Shown: positions 1 through 9,764 of the stretch, one piece after another
Layout: the number at the start of each line of letters is the position of its first letter
Position numbering within the stretch: the stretch's first letter is position 1
Assembly: GCA_029258795.1 (NCBI GenBank)
Contig: JAPDKB010000007.1
Span: 64,001 to 128,000 of the forward strand
Direction of reading: 5' to 3'
Length of the DNA: 64,000 bases
Source: an archaeon
Lineage (GTDB): Archaea; EX4484-52; WAPT01
Notes under the pieces: model-generated
Told to the model about the DNA's origin: nothing
The model's input: the letters and a program-made list of their open reading frames with translations, nothing else
The model's database searches: none
Translations under genes and position numbers: made by a program

Positions 1-97
1 GCTCGAAAGCCATGTAAAGGAGCTCGAGGACAAGCTTCTGAAAATGGAAGAGACGATGCTCAAGATGCTGGGTCTTATAGAACAGCTAGTTAAATGA
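1..97 (+). CDS. 3' end of a coiled-coil protein (partial, runs off the window start)
   Basis: Frame 2 reads LESHVKELEDKLLKMEETMLKMLGLIEQLVK, with TGA at 95-97. Confidence 0.6.
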   Translation, partial: LESHVKELEDKLLKMEETMLKMLGLIEQLVK

Positions 98-107
98 TAT
101 GATTTTG

Positions 108-272
108 TGGCGAGCCCGGGGGGATTTCCAGCAGGGCTCAAAAGCCATCAGGTTTTCTTGTAGAAACCCTGATTTTGAACCCCCGACCACTGGCTCCGAA
201 GGCCAGCGCTCTTTCTGACCGCACAGCTTTACAGAGCGTGGCCGTGCGGAGTCCAGACTGAGCTACGGGCCC
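108..272 (-). tRNA. tRNA-Arg(TCG) with two non-canonical introns (D-loop 250-213, 38 nt; T-loop 173-125, 49 nt); CCA encoded
   Basis: Reverse strand reads GGGCCCGTAGCTCAGTCTGGAC^intron^AGAGCGCTGGC-CTTCGGA-GCCAGTGGTCGGGGGTTCAAA^intron^TCCCCCCGGGCTCGCCA. Both junctions fold as BHB-like motifs and the spliced product is 78 nt. Confidence 0.9.
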
Positions 273-350
273 GCTTGATATACATCAAAATTAAGTCAGT
301 CATTCTTTAAAATTCTTTCTCTGAAACGCAGCATGCAAAGAGCAAGAATT

Positions 351-2129
351 TCACTTCACCGTCACACTCTTCGCCAGGTTTCTCGGCTTGTCAGGGTCAT
401 AACCGCGCAGCACCGCTATGCGATATGCGAGATACTGGACGGGGAGAATTGAAAGAATGGCATTTCCTATTTCGGTGTGAGGTACCTTTATGAACTCATC
501 GAAAACCTCATGCCTCCTTGAACCAATTCCTATTATCCACCCGCCCCTGCTCTTCACTTCCATCGCGTTGCTCACAATTTCGTCATGGGTTTCATCTTCC
601 GGGGCAAAAACGATACATGGCGTGCCCTTTTCTATCAGAGCTATGTTGCCGTGCTTTAAAGCTCCACCAGCGAACCCCTCAGCATGGATGTAGGTGACTT
701 CCTTTATTTTGAGTGCTGCCTCCAGCGCCATGGCGTGAGATATTCCCCTTCCTATGCAAAAAATGTGGTGCTTCTCCACCATCCTCTCCGCAAGCCCGTC
801 CAAAAAGTTTCTGTTGCCGGGTGAGAGCACATCCCTGATGTGCGGAACCAAATCCTCATAAGCTTTTCTCACTTCCTTTGCTTTCTGAACGGTTGCATAA
901 GCCAGAGTTTCCAGTATGGCTAGCTGTGCTGTGAAGGACTTTGTGGCAACCACACATATTTCTGGGCCGCAGTTCATGAGGATTGTGAAGTCCGCCATCC
1001 TCATCAGGGTGGAGCCCATAACATTCGTTATTGCCATTATCCTGGCTTTCTTTTTCTTGGCTGTCTTAACTGCATCAAGCACATCAGCAGTTTCCCCACT
1101 CTGAGATATGGCAACAACAAGCGTCTTGGGGGTTATAAAGTGCTCGTAATATTTGAACTCGGAAGCATCAACCACATTTATGTGTTTTTTTGCCACCTTC
1201 GAGAAAATGTATGAGGATGCCAGCGCCGCGTAATAAGATGAGCCGCACGCCACAAAAAACACACCGTAAGCTTCATTCAACATGCGGGCTGCTTTCTCAA
1301 TAACCTTTTCCGGCTGCATCACAGCTTTGAGTATCGTGTCCTCCTGCTCCATGATTTCCTTTTCCATGAAGTGAGGATAACCCTGCTTCTCCGCTCTGCT
1401 CACATCCCATTCTATGATAATGGGATTCTTTTTCTTTAGGACATCCCTCTCCAAATCAATTATCCACACACCATTCTCCGTCACAACACCCATTTCGTGG
1501 TCATCTAGAAATATTGCTTTTTTCGTGTGCTCTAAAAATGCAACGGGATCACTGCATATGAAGTGGCCGTGGTCAGCCATGCCTATAACGAGGGGTGAGT
1601 CCTTTCTCGCGCATAACAACGCTTTACTGCCACCATGAGCAGCTATAATTGCATAGCTTCCCTTCAGCTCACGTATCGCCTCTCTGAACGCCATCCCAAA
1701 GCTCATGCCCGCCTTCATATTTTCCTCGATGAGGTGTGCCACCACCTCGCTATCAGTGTCTGATGAAAACTCGTGCCCCTTTCTTTCCAGACGCCTGCGG
1801 AGTTCAGCATAGTTTTCTATAATGCCGTTGTGAACTATCGCTATGTTTCCTGTGCAGTCAAGATGCGGATGAGCGTTGGCTTCACACACACCACCGTGTG
1901 TTGCCCACCTTGTATGACCTATGGCTGCATGAGCATTAACCCCATCATCAAATCTTAATGTTGCTTCACTTATAGCACCAACATATTTTTTTACCGCCAC
2001 ACTTGGATTTGAAACAAGGGCAATACCCCAAGAATCGTAACCCCTGTACTCGAGCTTTCTGAGACCGTCCAGAATGATATCCTGCAACTCCTCTCTTTTA
2101 CGTCCGATGTATCCCACTATACCACACAT
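351..2129 (-). CDS. glmS: Glutamine--fructose-6-phosphate aminotransferase (isomerizing)
   Basis: N-terminal MCGIVG (Ntn Cys), GHTRWATHG, SQSGETAD SIS motif, C-terminal PRNLAKSVTVK. Confidence 0.97.
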   Translation of the reverse strand: MCGIVGYIGRKREELQDIILDGLRKLEYRGYDSWGIALVSNPSVAVKKYVGAISEATLRFDDGVNAHAAIGHTRWATHGGVCEANAHPHLDCTGNIAIVHNGIIENYAELRRRLERKGHEFSSDTDSEVVAHLIEENMKAGMSFGMAFREAIRELKGSYAIIAAHGGSKALLCARKDSPLVIGMADHGHFICSDPVAFLEHTKKAIFLDDHEMGVVTENGVWIIDLERDVLKKKNPIIIEWDVSRAEKQGYPHFMEKEIMEQEDTILKAVMQPEKVIEKAARMLNEAYGVFFVACGSSYYAALASSYIFSKVAKKHINVVDASEFKYYEHFITPKTLVVAISQSGETADVLDAVKTAKKKKARIMAITNVMGSTLMRMADFTILMNCGPEICVVATKSFTAQLAILETLAYATVQKAKEVRKAYEDLVPHIRDVLSPGNRNFLDGLAERMVEKHHIFCIGRGISHAMALEAALKIKEVTYIHAEGFAGGALKHGNIALIEKGTPCIVFAPEDETHDEIVSNAMEVKSRGGWIIGIGSRRHEVFDEFIKVPHTEIGNAILSILPVQYLAYRIAVLRGYDPDKPRNLAKSVTVK

Positions 2130-2361
2130 GAGAATGTATCGAGAACATCATTCCTTATAAATCTACATTAAGAGTGCGTATTAAACACTAAAATCCGATT
2201 TTTAGATAAGTTTTAAATAGCACCTTTTATACCATCTTGAGATGTCGATATGCTTGAAGGTAAATTTATAAATCTTATCAAAAGTTTACAGTACATTCTA
2301 ACAAAAGCTATTAAAATATTACAAATAATTTTTTAATATCGCTACAATCATTCAACCAGGG

Positions 2362-3315
2362 TTGTGTTTTATGCCGTTCATAATAAAGGACGATGGAAAG
2401 ATTCAGAAGATGAAAAGTGCCGAGATAATAAAAGACGCCGGGAAGTTGAGAGCTCTTCTCCACGAAACACGATGGAAGATTCTGGAATTGCTGGCCGAAA
2501 AGCCGAGACACGCGCTCGAAATTGCAAGAATACTGGGGGAGCACGAGCAGAAGATATATTATCACATCAGGCAGCTTGAAAACATGGGTTTGATACGCTT
2601 GGTCAAAAAGGTCGAAAGACACGGCACGATAGCCAAAATCTATACCCTGAAATCTCACGCTTTTATACTCGACCTCCCCGGCGGGACTGAGGAGTCCATC
2701 GACAACCCCATACCTAAAAAAGACAAACATCTTTTGAAGTTTCTGCACCCCCACATAATAAACGGCAAAATCAACACAACCATTGTTGTGGGTTCTCCGG
2801 ACCCTCACGGCCCCTATCAGGTAAGAGCAAGGGACGCCCACCACGCAATAGAGCTTGCGGTTTTGCTTGGGAGCTATGCTCCGGAGGTAGAGAGGGCATC
2901 TGTTAAACTTGATGTCGAGGTGAAGGCCTCAAAAGCTTTTGATTCCAACATGATTCTGGTGGGAGGTGTGCTGACCAACACCATAACCTACGAAATAAAC
3001 CCTCATCTCCCGATAAGGTTTGATACGTCCAGCTTTCCTTTTCGTAAAATGATATCCACGCTTTCCGGCAAAACCTACGAGTATGAGACCTCCGGCCTGA
3101 TCGCGAAACTTCCCAACCCGTTCAACCCGGAGAAATCAATAATAGTTCTTGCCGGAACACGGCATGCCGGAACCAAAGCAGCGATACTTGCCTTATGCAA
3201 GTTCAGTAAAGAAGTGCTGTCAGATTATGAAGGAGAGGATTTGTGGGCGCGTGTGATAAGAGGTATGGATCTTGATGGTGATGGAAGGATAGATAGTGTG
3301 GAAGTTATTGAGTGA
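2362..3315 (+). CDS. ArsR-like wHTH regulator fused to an S-layer-C-like alpha/beta domain (start may be ATG 2371)
   Basis: N-terminal RWKILELLAEKPRHALEIARILG...YYHIRQLENMGLI; C-terminal NMILVGG...IIVLAGTRHAGTKAAI and DLDGDG; divergent from glmS. Confidence 0.7.
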   Translation: MCFMPFIIKDDGKIQKMKSAEIIKDAGKLRALLHETRWKILELLAEKPRHALEIARILGEHEQKIYYHIRQLENMGLIRLVKKVERHGTIAKIYTLKSHAFILDLPGGTEESIDNPIPKKDKHLLKFLHPHIINGKINTTIVVGSPDPHGPYQVRARDAHHAIELAVLLGSYAPEVERASVKLDVEVKASKAFDSNMILVGGVLTNTITYEINPHLPIRFDTSSFPFRKMISTLSGKTYEYETSGLIAKLPNPFNPEKSIIVLAGTRHAGTKAAILALCKFSKEVLSDYEGEDLWARVIRGMDLDGDGRIDSVEVIE

Positions 3316-3359
3316 TGTGTGTATAAACTTTTTATTATCGAGTTTTCTTAAAATGGATA

Positions 3360-4394
3360 ATGAAAGAAGTGAAAATAAATATATCCATAACAATAAGTAG
3401 AAGACATTTCTTTATACTATCGGGTTTGCTTATTTTAATTGCATTAACAAATCTCTCGAGTTTTATTAAAGCGGACATTAGTAACGGAGTTTATCACAAT
3501 TTAAGGGACATTGTTACAGATATAGGGGGCGGGTTAGAGAATGTGGCAACATCGGATGGTTACATAAATTCCAAATTTCTGAAAATAACCAGAAACCTGA
3601 ACATGAATGGGCATAATGTGGTTAATGCAAACCAGGTTAGTGCAAATACGATAAAGGAAGGTGGGAGCTTACTGAGCGATAAATATGCCATAAAAAGCCA
3701 CACACACGATACAAGGTATTACACTAAAGGTCAATCAGACAGCAGATTTTTGAATGTTGCTGGAGACACCATGTACGGAGACCTAAACATGAATGGATAT
3801 AGTGTGGTTAATGCGAACAAAATTTCCGGGAACCAGTTGTGCATAGGCACAGAATGTAAAACTAGTTGGAGTGAGATTAGCGGTGGATGCGTAATTGAAG
3901 GGAGGAGAGTTTCCGATGGTGTATGGGTCATACTTGCTGATGCGGCATCAGTAGATACTAATTGTTTCTATGACTGGGGGAGAAATTGTTATAAATTAGA
4001 AGTGGTTTATAGTAGTGGGTTTAGAAGATGGGGTAGCGGTCAGAGAAGGGTAACTAAGAATGGTGCTTTGCTTGGGGTTTGTACTAGTGGCTCAGATCCT
4101 AAAACTTCCGACGGTTATTGGATTAGTGCGGGAACCGATGGCGACTATGGTGGGAATCCTTCTGCAATGAAACAATATTGCGAAAATTGTTTGGGTGGAT
4201 ACGGGGATGTAGAGCAGTTTAGTTGGTATTGGCCAAGCGGGTGTTATTGTACTCGGGTAACTTCGGATTGTCGATGTACCGGCTGTGTTCCTGCAAATAG
4301 CGGTTCTGCTGTGAAAAGTTTTGTTTGTTGTAAACCTGAAACGATATATGATGGTCTACGAGTTAGATGTGGAAGTAACACATACTATTACTGA
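3360..4394 (+). CDS. Secreted or membrane-anchored fibre-like protein with Cys-rich C-terminal domain
   Basis: N-terminal hydrophobic helix; tail-fibre-like SHTHDTRYYTK..SDSRFLNVAGDTMYGDLNMNG; duplicated LNMNG.(N/S)VVNAN.(V/I)S; Cys/Gly/Trp-rich tail. Confidence 0.6.
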   Translation: MKEVKINISITISRRHFFILSGLLILIALTNLSSFIKADISNGVYHNLRDIVTDIGGGLENVATSDGYINSKFLKITRNLNMNGHNVVNANQVSANTIKEGGSLLSDKYAIKSHTHDTRYYTKGQSDSRFLNVAGDTMYGDLNMNGYSVVNANKISGNQLCIGTECKTSWSEISGGCVIEGRRVSDGVWVILADAASVDTNCFYDWGRNCYKLEVVYSSGFRRWGSGQRRVTKNGALLGVCTSGSDPKTSDGYWISAGTDGDYGGNPSAMKQYCENCLGGYGDVEQFSWYWPSGCYCTRVTSDCRCTGCVPANSGSAVKSFVCCKPETIYDGLRVRCGSNTYYY

Positions 4395-4418
4395 TTTTTT
4401 GATAATATTCGAAATGCC

Positions 4419-5354
4419 TCATTTTTCCTCCTTTTCCTTTATCAGCTTCACGAGCTCATCCGCTTCCTCGATATCGCTCAATTCATCCAAACCTATGGTA
4501 GCCACGCCCTCTATACCCTTCCTTCTGGATTCCCGTGTCAGGAGGAATTTGTGGACGGAACAGAAATCTGCAAAGCTTTTAAACCTCGCTACGGCCCTTC
4601 TATTCACCGTGCTGAGACAGATTTTGGTGGCAATAACTTCCTCTTCCTTTTTCTTTTCTTCCTTCGCAACATTCATCGCGTCTGCAGGAGCTCTCTTCAC
4701 AAAATAACACCTGAAGCCATACCTGAGCATGAATCTATCAAACTTTCTTTCAAGAGTTGTTGAAGGCCTTTCCTTTTCTGGCTGGAACTTCCACTCAAAT
4801 ATGTTGATGGGCTTCGTTATTCTTTCATCGAAGAAGTTTTCGATTTTCTCTACCACCTCCAGACTCGCTTTGCCTTCGCGCTCCATCAAGTATATTGTTT
4901 TTTTGGTCACATTTATTCTCTCGGCCAGATCGTCCATACTCATCTCTCTGGATTTTCTGAGGTCTCTGACCTTGGAAGCATCAACGCTTGCAATTCTCTT
5001 TCCTTTTTTGGATAATGTAAAAACTTCCTCACCCTCTATGATTCGTTTGAAGGTGGAAACAGACACCACTGGAATGTTAAATCTTTCATAAATCACATCA
5101 TCCTCCACTCTAAAGTTCCTGCCTCTCACAGCAATTATGATTGGAGTGGCGTTAAGGACAGATGCCATGGTTTTCAAATTTCTGGCCTGTTCTTCTCCAT
5201 AGCTGTCCACATTGGCAAGAACCTTCGCCAGCAGTATTTTTTCATCTCTTTTTGCTATGATATCAAAGGCCTCACGTTCCATGATCAGAATAGAGTAACC
5301 GCTCTGTAAAAGCACATCCCTGACTTCCTGTAAAAGCTTGTACTGAAGTAACAT
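4419..5354 (-). CDS. Archaeal transcriptional regulator with central Cro/C1 HTH flanked by degenerate restriction-fold domains (COG1395-like)
   Basis: FDIIAKRDEKILLAKVLANVD N-domain; HTH VRDLRKSREMSMDDLAERINVTKKTIYLMER. Confidence 0.8.
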   Translation of the reverse strand: MLLQYKLLQEVRDVLLQSGYSILIMEREAFDIIAKRDEKILLAKVLANVDSYGEEQARNLKTMASVLNATPIIIAVRGRNFRVEDDVIYERFNIPVVSVSTFKRIIEGEEVFTLSKKGKRIASVDASKVRDLRKSREMSMDDLAERINVTKKTIYLMEREGKASLEVVEKIENFFDERITKPINIFEWKFQPEKERPSTTLERKFDRFMLRYGFRCYFVKRAPADAMNVAKEEKKKEEEVIATKICLSTVNRRAVARFKSFADFCSVHKFLLTRESRRKGIEGVATIGLDELSDIEEADELVKLIKEKEEK

Positions 5355-5538
5355 ATAAATCGCACCTATTTCAATAAAATGTGGTCAATCTTTAAAGATT
5401 TTTTGAATGGAATTGCAATATTTGAATGGAGTAAGTTAGCGGTGCTTCTCGATTCTCGAAATCTTTAAAAAAACTACCTCACGATTAATACATAACTTCT
5501 AGTGGGTTGGAAAAATGAAGTAAATACTGGAGAAAAAG

Positions 5539-6267
5539 GTGACTGTTTCAGAGGTGTTGAATATGGATGTTGCGCCGGACATAATGGGATACGACAGGGC
5601 CATCGTGATCTTCTCGCCAGATGGTCGGCTGTTTCAGGTTGAGTATGCGAGGGAAGCTGTGAAAAAGGGTACTACAGCCATTGGTGTGGTGTACGATGAA
5701 GGTGTGGTGTTGGTGACCACAAGAAAGAAGAGCAATGTTGTCATGTCTGGTGAAAAAATAGCTAAGGTGGACGATCACATAGGCATAGCTTCTGCTGGAT
5801 TGGTGGCGGATGCGAGAATTCTGGTTGATATGGCGAGAATAAAGGCCCAGCAAAACCGCTTGCTTTATGATGAGCCCATAACTGTCAAATCCATGGCCAA
5901 GTTTCTGGCTGACAGACAGCAGCTATACACACAGTATGCGGGAGTAAGGCCGTACGGTGTATCCCTCCTTATAGGCGGTTATGATCTCGAGCCCAAGCTC
6001 TTTGAGACGGACCCTTCTGGCGTGATGCTGGAAGCTAAAGCAAGAGCGATAGGAAGGAACAGCGATAAGATAAACGAGGCGCTGGAAAAAAGCTACAAGA
6101 AGGGAATGAAGTTCAAGGACGCAGTAAAGATGGTGATTGACCTCTACAATAAACACGAGAAAGATCTGAAAATAACCAAGGACACATTTTTCGGGGTAAA
6201 GATAGACAGAGAAGGGTTTAAGGAGATTGATGTGAAAGAACTGAGCAAGCACGGGATAAAGCTATGA
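5539..6267 (+). CDS. psmA: Proteasome alpha subunit
   Basis: GYDRAIVIFSPDGRLFQVEYAREAVKKG signature; RPYGVSLLIGG. Confidence 0.97.
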   Translation: MTVSEVLNMDVAPDIMGYDRAIVIFSPDGRLFQVEYAREAVKKGTTAIGVVYDEGVVLVTTRKKSNVVMSGEKIAKVDDHIGIASAGLVADARILVDMARIKAQQNRLLYDEPITVKSMAKFLADRQQLYTQYAGVRPYGVSLLIGGYDLEPKLFETDPSGVMLEAKARAIGRNSDKINEALEKSYKKGMKFKDAVKMVIDLYNKHEKDLKITKDTFFGVKIDREGFKEIDVKELSKHGIKL

Positions 6268-6956
6268 GCAGCAAAGAGATAATTGCAAGGATCAAAAAAC
6301 ATGGATTGAAGTTCGAAATCGTTATTGATAAGGACAAATACTTGGAGTACAAGGAAGGGAAGATAAAAGAGCTGCGAGATATATTGATAGGGGATGCTGT
6401 TTTTAGCGATGCGAGCAAGGCGATGCGGGCAAAAAAGGAGGATCTGGAAAAAGCTTTTGGCACCACGGACTTTTTCAAGATAGCAGAGGAGATAATAAAG
6501 GACGGGGAGGTGCAGATAACAACAGAAGAAAGAAGAAAGCTGATTGAGGAAAAGCGAAAGAGAATAGTGGATATGATTTCCAAGAGGTGCATAAACCCCC
6601 AAACCGGCAAGCCACATCCACCCCAGCGTATAGAGATAGCGATGGAACAGGCCAATGTACACATAGACCCATTTAAAAATGTTGAGGAACAATATAAGGC
6701 AGTTGTTGAAGCTCTCAGAAAAATACTGCCCTTAAGGGTTGAATACAGGGATTATGTGGTCAGAATTCCTGTGGAATATGCTGGTAAGGTAAGAAGCGTT
6801 GTTGTTGATATGTGCACCCTGAAGAAAGAGGAGTGGTCCTCAAACTACTGGTATGCTGAAATTGAGATGTTGGCTGCGATGGAGGAAGATGTGTTTTCAA
6901 AGCTCAACTCCATAACGCACGGACATGTTGAAAGCAAACTGTTGAATAAAAGGTGA
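6264..6956 (+). CDS. Ribosome maturation factor SBDS/Sdo1
   Basis: ARIKKHGLKFEI, INPQTGKPHPPQRIE; conserved position after psmA. Confidence 0.95.
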   Translation: MSSKEIIARIKKHGLKFEIVIDKDKYLEYKEGKIKELRDILIGDAVFSDASKAMRAKKEDLEKAFGTTDFFKIAEEIIKDGEVQITTEERRKLIEEKRKRIVDMISKRCINPQTGKPHPPQRIEIAMEQANVHIDPFKNVEEQYKAVVEALRKILPLRVEYRDYVVRIPVEYAGKVRSVVVDMCTLKKEEWSSNYWYAEIEMLAAMEEDVFSKLNSITHGHVESKLLNKR

Positions 6957-7690
6957 TGATAAAGAAAAAGGTGAGTGTGATGAGCTCAGATAGTAAAACG
7001 GAAATTGTGTTACCGGGAGATGTTCTGTATAAAGGTAAGAATATGTTACCCGGAAGAGGTACATACCGTTTGGGTGATGAAATCATTGCTAAAGTCGTTG
7101 GACTGAAAGCAATAAAAAACAGAACCGTAAGCGTAATACCTCTTGCCGGAACTTACATTCCAAAAGCAGGAGATTACGTTATTGGAGAGGTTGTGGAGAT
7201 AGGGCTGAACTACTGGCTCATCGATATAAACTCTCCATACCAGGCAGCTCTGCTCATGTTTGACCTGCCGGAGTTTGTGGAGAAAAACACTGATATTTCT
7301 CGCTACTACGACTTCGGAGACATAGTGTTTGCGAAGATAACCAACGTCACCAAAACAAAATACATCAACCTGACAATGAAAGATCCCAAGTGTAAGAAGC
7401 TGATCGGAGGGTTGATAGTGCACATAACTCCAAGTAAAGTTCCGCGACTCATAGGAAAAAAGGGGTCTATGATCAACATGATAAAGAATTTGACCGGCAG
7501 CAAGATTTTGGTCGGACAGAATGGTAGAGTGTGGATAAAGGGTGGAAAAGAAACTCTGGCTGCCGAAGCAATCTACATGATTGATAAGTACTCTCATCAG
7601 AGCGGATTAACCGAGAAGATTGAGGAGTTTCTCAAAAAAGAGTTGGAAAAAGAAGCAAAGGGTGAAATAAATGCCGAAAAAGAAGAGTGA
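6953..7690 (+). CDS. rrp4: Exosome RNA-binding subunit Rrp4
   Basis: IVLPGD N-domain, S1 YIPKAGDYVIG, KH KVPRLIGKKGSMI and GQNGRVWI. Confidence 0.95.
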   Translation: MMIKKKVSVMSSDSKTEIVLPGDVLYKGKNMLPGRGTYRLGDEIIAKVVGLKAIKNRTVSVIPLAGTYIPKAGDYVIGEVVEIGLNYWLIDINSPYQAALLMFDLPEFVEKNTDISRYYDFGDIVFAKITNVTKTKYINLTMKDPKCKKLIGGLIVHITPSKVPRLIGKKGSMINMIKNLTGSKILVGQNGRVWIKGGKETLAAEAIYMIDKYSHQSGLTEKIEEFLKKELEKEAKGEINAEKEE

Positions 7691-8429
7691 GGAAAGTAAA
7701 AGTAATAATAAAGGAGCTGTAAGACCTGACGGAAGGAAGGTGGATGAACTCAGGCCTGTTAAGATGGAAGTGGGAGTGATAGAGAGGGCTAACGGCTCTG
7801 CTTATGTTGAGTTTGGCAAGACAAAGGTTGTGGCAGCGGTTTACGGGCCGGAACCCATGCACCCCAGACATCTTGCTGATCCAGAAAAAGCGGTGCTCAT
7901 CTGCCGTTACAACATGCTTCCGTTCTCGGTGGAGGATAGAAAGAAGCCCGGTCCCGACAGGAGAAGTATAGAGATAAGCAAGGTGATCAAGGATGCTCTG
8001 TCAACCATAGTTGCGCTCGAGGAATTTCCCAAATGCATGATAAGCGTTGACATGGTTGTGTTGCAGGCGGACGCCGGTACAAGAGTGGCTGCACTTACCG
8101 CAGCATCTCTTGCCTTGGCCGATGCGGGCATACCCATGAGAGAGATGATGAGTGCCGTGGCTTGTGGAAGAGCCAACGGGAAGATAGTGGTGGACCTCAC
8201 AAAAGAAGAGGAGGATGCGGAGGATGCGGTTGATGTACCCGTAGCGATGTCCTCTTTAACTAAAAAAATAGCGCTTCTCCAGATGGATGGTGATATGACG
8301 CTGGAAGAGTTTGAAGAGATTCTAAACAAGGCGGAAGAGGCATGTTCAAAAATATACGATATGCAAAGAGAAGCTTTGCTGAATAAATATGAGAAAGAAG
8401 GTAAAGAGGTGAACATAAATGATGAGTAG
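7671..8429 (+). CDS. rrp41: Exosome catalytic subunit Rrp41
   Basis: RPDGRKVDELRP, GSAYVEFGKTKV, LQADAGTR, LLQMDG RNase PH motifs. Confidence 0.96.
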   Translation: MPKKKSEESKSNNKGAVRPDGRKVDELRPVKMEVGVIERANGSAYVEFGKTKVVAAVYGPEPMHPRHLADPEKAVLICRYNMLPFSVEDRKKPGPDRRSIEISKVIKDALSTIVALEEFPKCMISVDMVVLQADAGTRVAALTAASLALADAGIPMREMMSAVACGRANGKIVVDLTKEEEDAEDAVDVPVAMSSLTKKIALLQMDGDMTLEEFEEILNKAEEACSKIYDMQREALLNKYEKEGKEVNINDE

Positions 8430-9228
8430 CAAGCTTACTGCTGAATATGTCAGGAGTTTGATTGAGAGAGGTAAGAGATTGGATGGAAGAAAGCTGGACG
8501 AATTCAGAGAGATTAAAATAAATTATGGTGTGTCGGAAAAAGCTGAAGGAAGTGCCGAGGTCATGATAGGCAACACGAGAGTTGTTGCCGGTGTGAAGAT
8601 GGATATTGGCGAGCCCTATCCCGATATGCCCAACAAAGGTGTGCTTGTGACAAGCGCTGAGTTTCTGGCAATGGCCGCTCCCGAATTCGAGCCGGGTTTG
8701 CCGGGTGAGAATGCCATAGAACTGGCGAGAGTTGTGGATAGAGGTGTAAGGGAGAGCGGAGCCATTGACCTTGAGAAACTTTGTCTGGTGGAGGGCGAAA
8801 AGGTCTGGGTGGTATTCCTTGACATATTCGTGCTGAACCACGATGGCAACCTGATAGATGCTGCAGGTATAGCAGCCATAGCCGCGTTGCTGAATGCAAA
8901 GCTTCCAAAAATTACGGAAGATTACGAGATTGTGAGGGATGAGCTGACTGACCCACTTCCGATCAAAGACATACCGATTCCGATAACAATCAGGAAATAC
9001 GGAGAACATCTGTTGCTGGACACTACTGCACTGGAGGAAGATGTGCTTACAGGTAAGTTCACAGTGACCACCAAAATAAACGGAAACATATGTGCTATGC
9101 AGCTCAGCGATGGAATGAGCATGACGAAGGATGAGGTGTTGCAGGCAGCCAGAATGGCAAGGGATGCTGCCACCAAGATAAGGGAAAAACTGTTCAAAGA
9201 TAAGCTCAAGGAGCTCAAAAAAGCGTAA
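8419..9228 (+). CDS. rrp42: Exosome subunit Rrp42
   Basis: RLDGRKLDEFR, ELARVVDRGVRES, NHDGNLIDA. Confidence 0.96.
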   Translation: MMSSKLTAEYVRSLIERGKRLDGRKLDEFREIKINYGVSEKAEGSAEVMIGNTRVVAGVKMDIGEPYPDMPNKGVLVTSAEFLAMAAPEFEPGLPGENAIELARVVDRGVRESGAIDLEKLCLVEGEKVWVVFLDIFVLNHDGNLIDAAGIAAIAALLNAKLPKITEDYEIVRDELTDPLPIKDIPIPITIRKYGEHLLLDTTALEEDVLTGKFTVTTKINGNICAMQLSDGMSMTKDEVLQAARMARDAATKIREKLFKDKLKELKKA

Positions 9229-9276
9229 CTTTAAAAAAATTTTTCCCGAAAATATGGCTGTTCCGGTGGTGTTCTT

Positions 9277-9600
9277 ATGGCACGCACGAAGAAGATTAAA
9301 TCTGCGGCAAGATTCGGAGCAAGGTACGGTAAGAAGATCAGACACCTTGTTGCAGAGATAGAGTCCTCTTCCCGCGCCAAACATGTTTGCCCTCAATGTA
9401 AAGCCAGGAGGCTTAAAAGAGTCGCCGCGGGAATTTGGGAATGTAGAAAATGTGGCACGAAAGTTGCTGGCGGGGCATATGCCCCCAGCACTACTGCAGG
9501 CAAGATTCTGATGAAGGTTGAAAGGTTGGCCAAAATAAGTGAAGCCGAAAAAGTTAAAGAAGAGCTTGTGGATCTTCTGGAAAAGAAGGCGGAAGAGTAA
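9277..9600 (+). CDS. rpl37ae: 50S ribosomal protein L37Ae
   Basis: RFGARYG, CPQC...GIWECRKCG..VAGGAY zinc ribbon. Confidence 0.96.
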   Translation: MARTKKIKSAARFGARYGKKIRHLVAEIESSSRAKHVCPQCKARRLKRVAAGIWECRKCGTKVAGGAYAPSTTAGKILMKVERLAKISEAEKVKEELVDLLEKKAEE

Positions 9601-9621
9601 AGATGGAGATGGTGATAAAAC

Positions 9622-9762
9622 ATGTCCGAATATATCTGTTACAGATGTGGAGCGAGGGTGGAGCTGAATAATGTGAACACTGTTATCGCATGTCCAAATT
9701 GCGCGTGCAAGATATTGATAAAAGCTGTGCCGAACGTCGTTAAACGCGTTTCCTGTGACTGA
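9622..9762 (+). CDS. rpoP: RNA polymerase subunit P (Rpo12); below the ORF-track cutoff
   Basis: Translated by hand: MSEYICYRCGARVELNNVNTVIACPNCACKILIKAVPNVVKRVSCD (46 aa, two CxxC); canonical position after rpl37ae. Confidence 0.9.
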   Translation: MSEYICYRCGARVELNNVNTVIACPNCACKILIKAVPNVVKRVSCD

Positions 9763-9764
9763 AA

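Noticed and set aside
3360-4394. Diversity-generating retroelement target
   Set aside because: No reverse transcriptase and no adenine-variant template/variable repeat pair were seen in the window.
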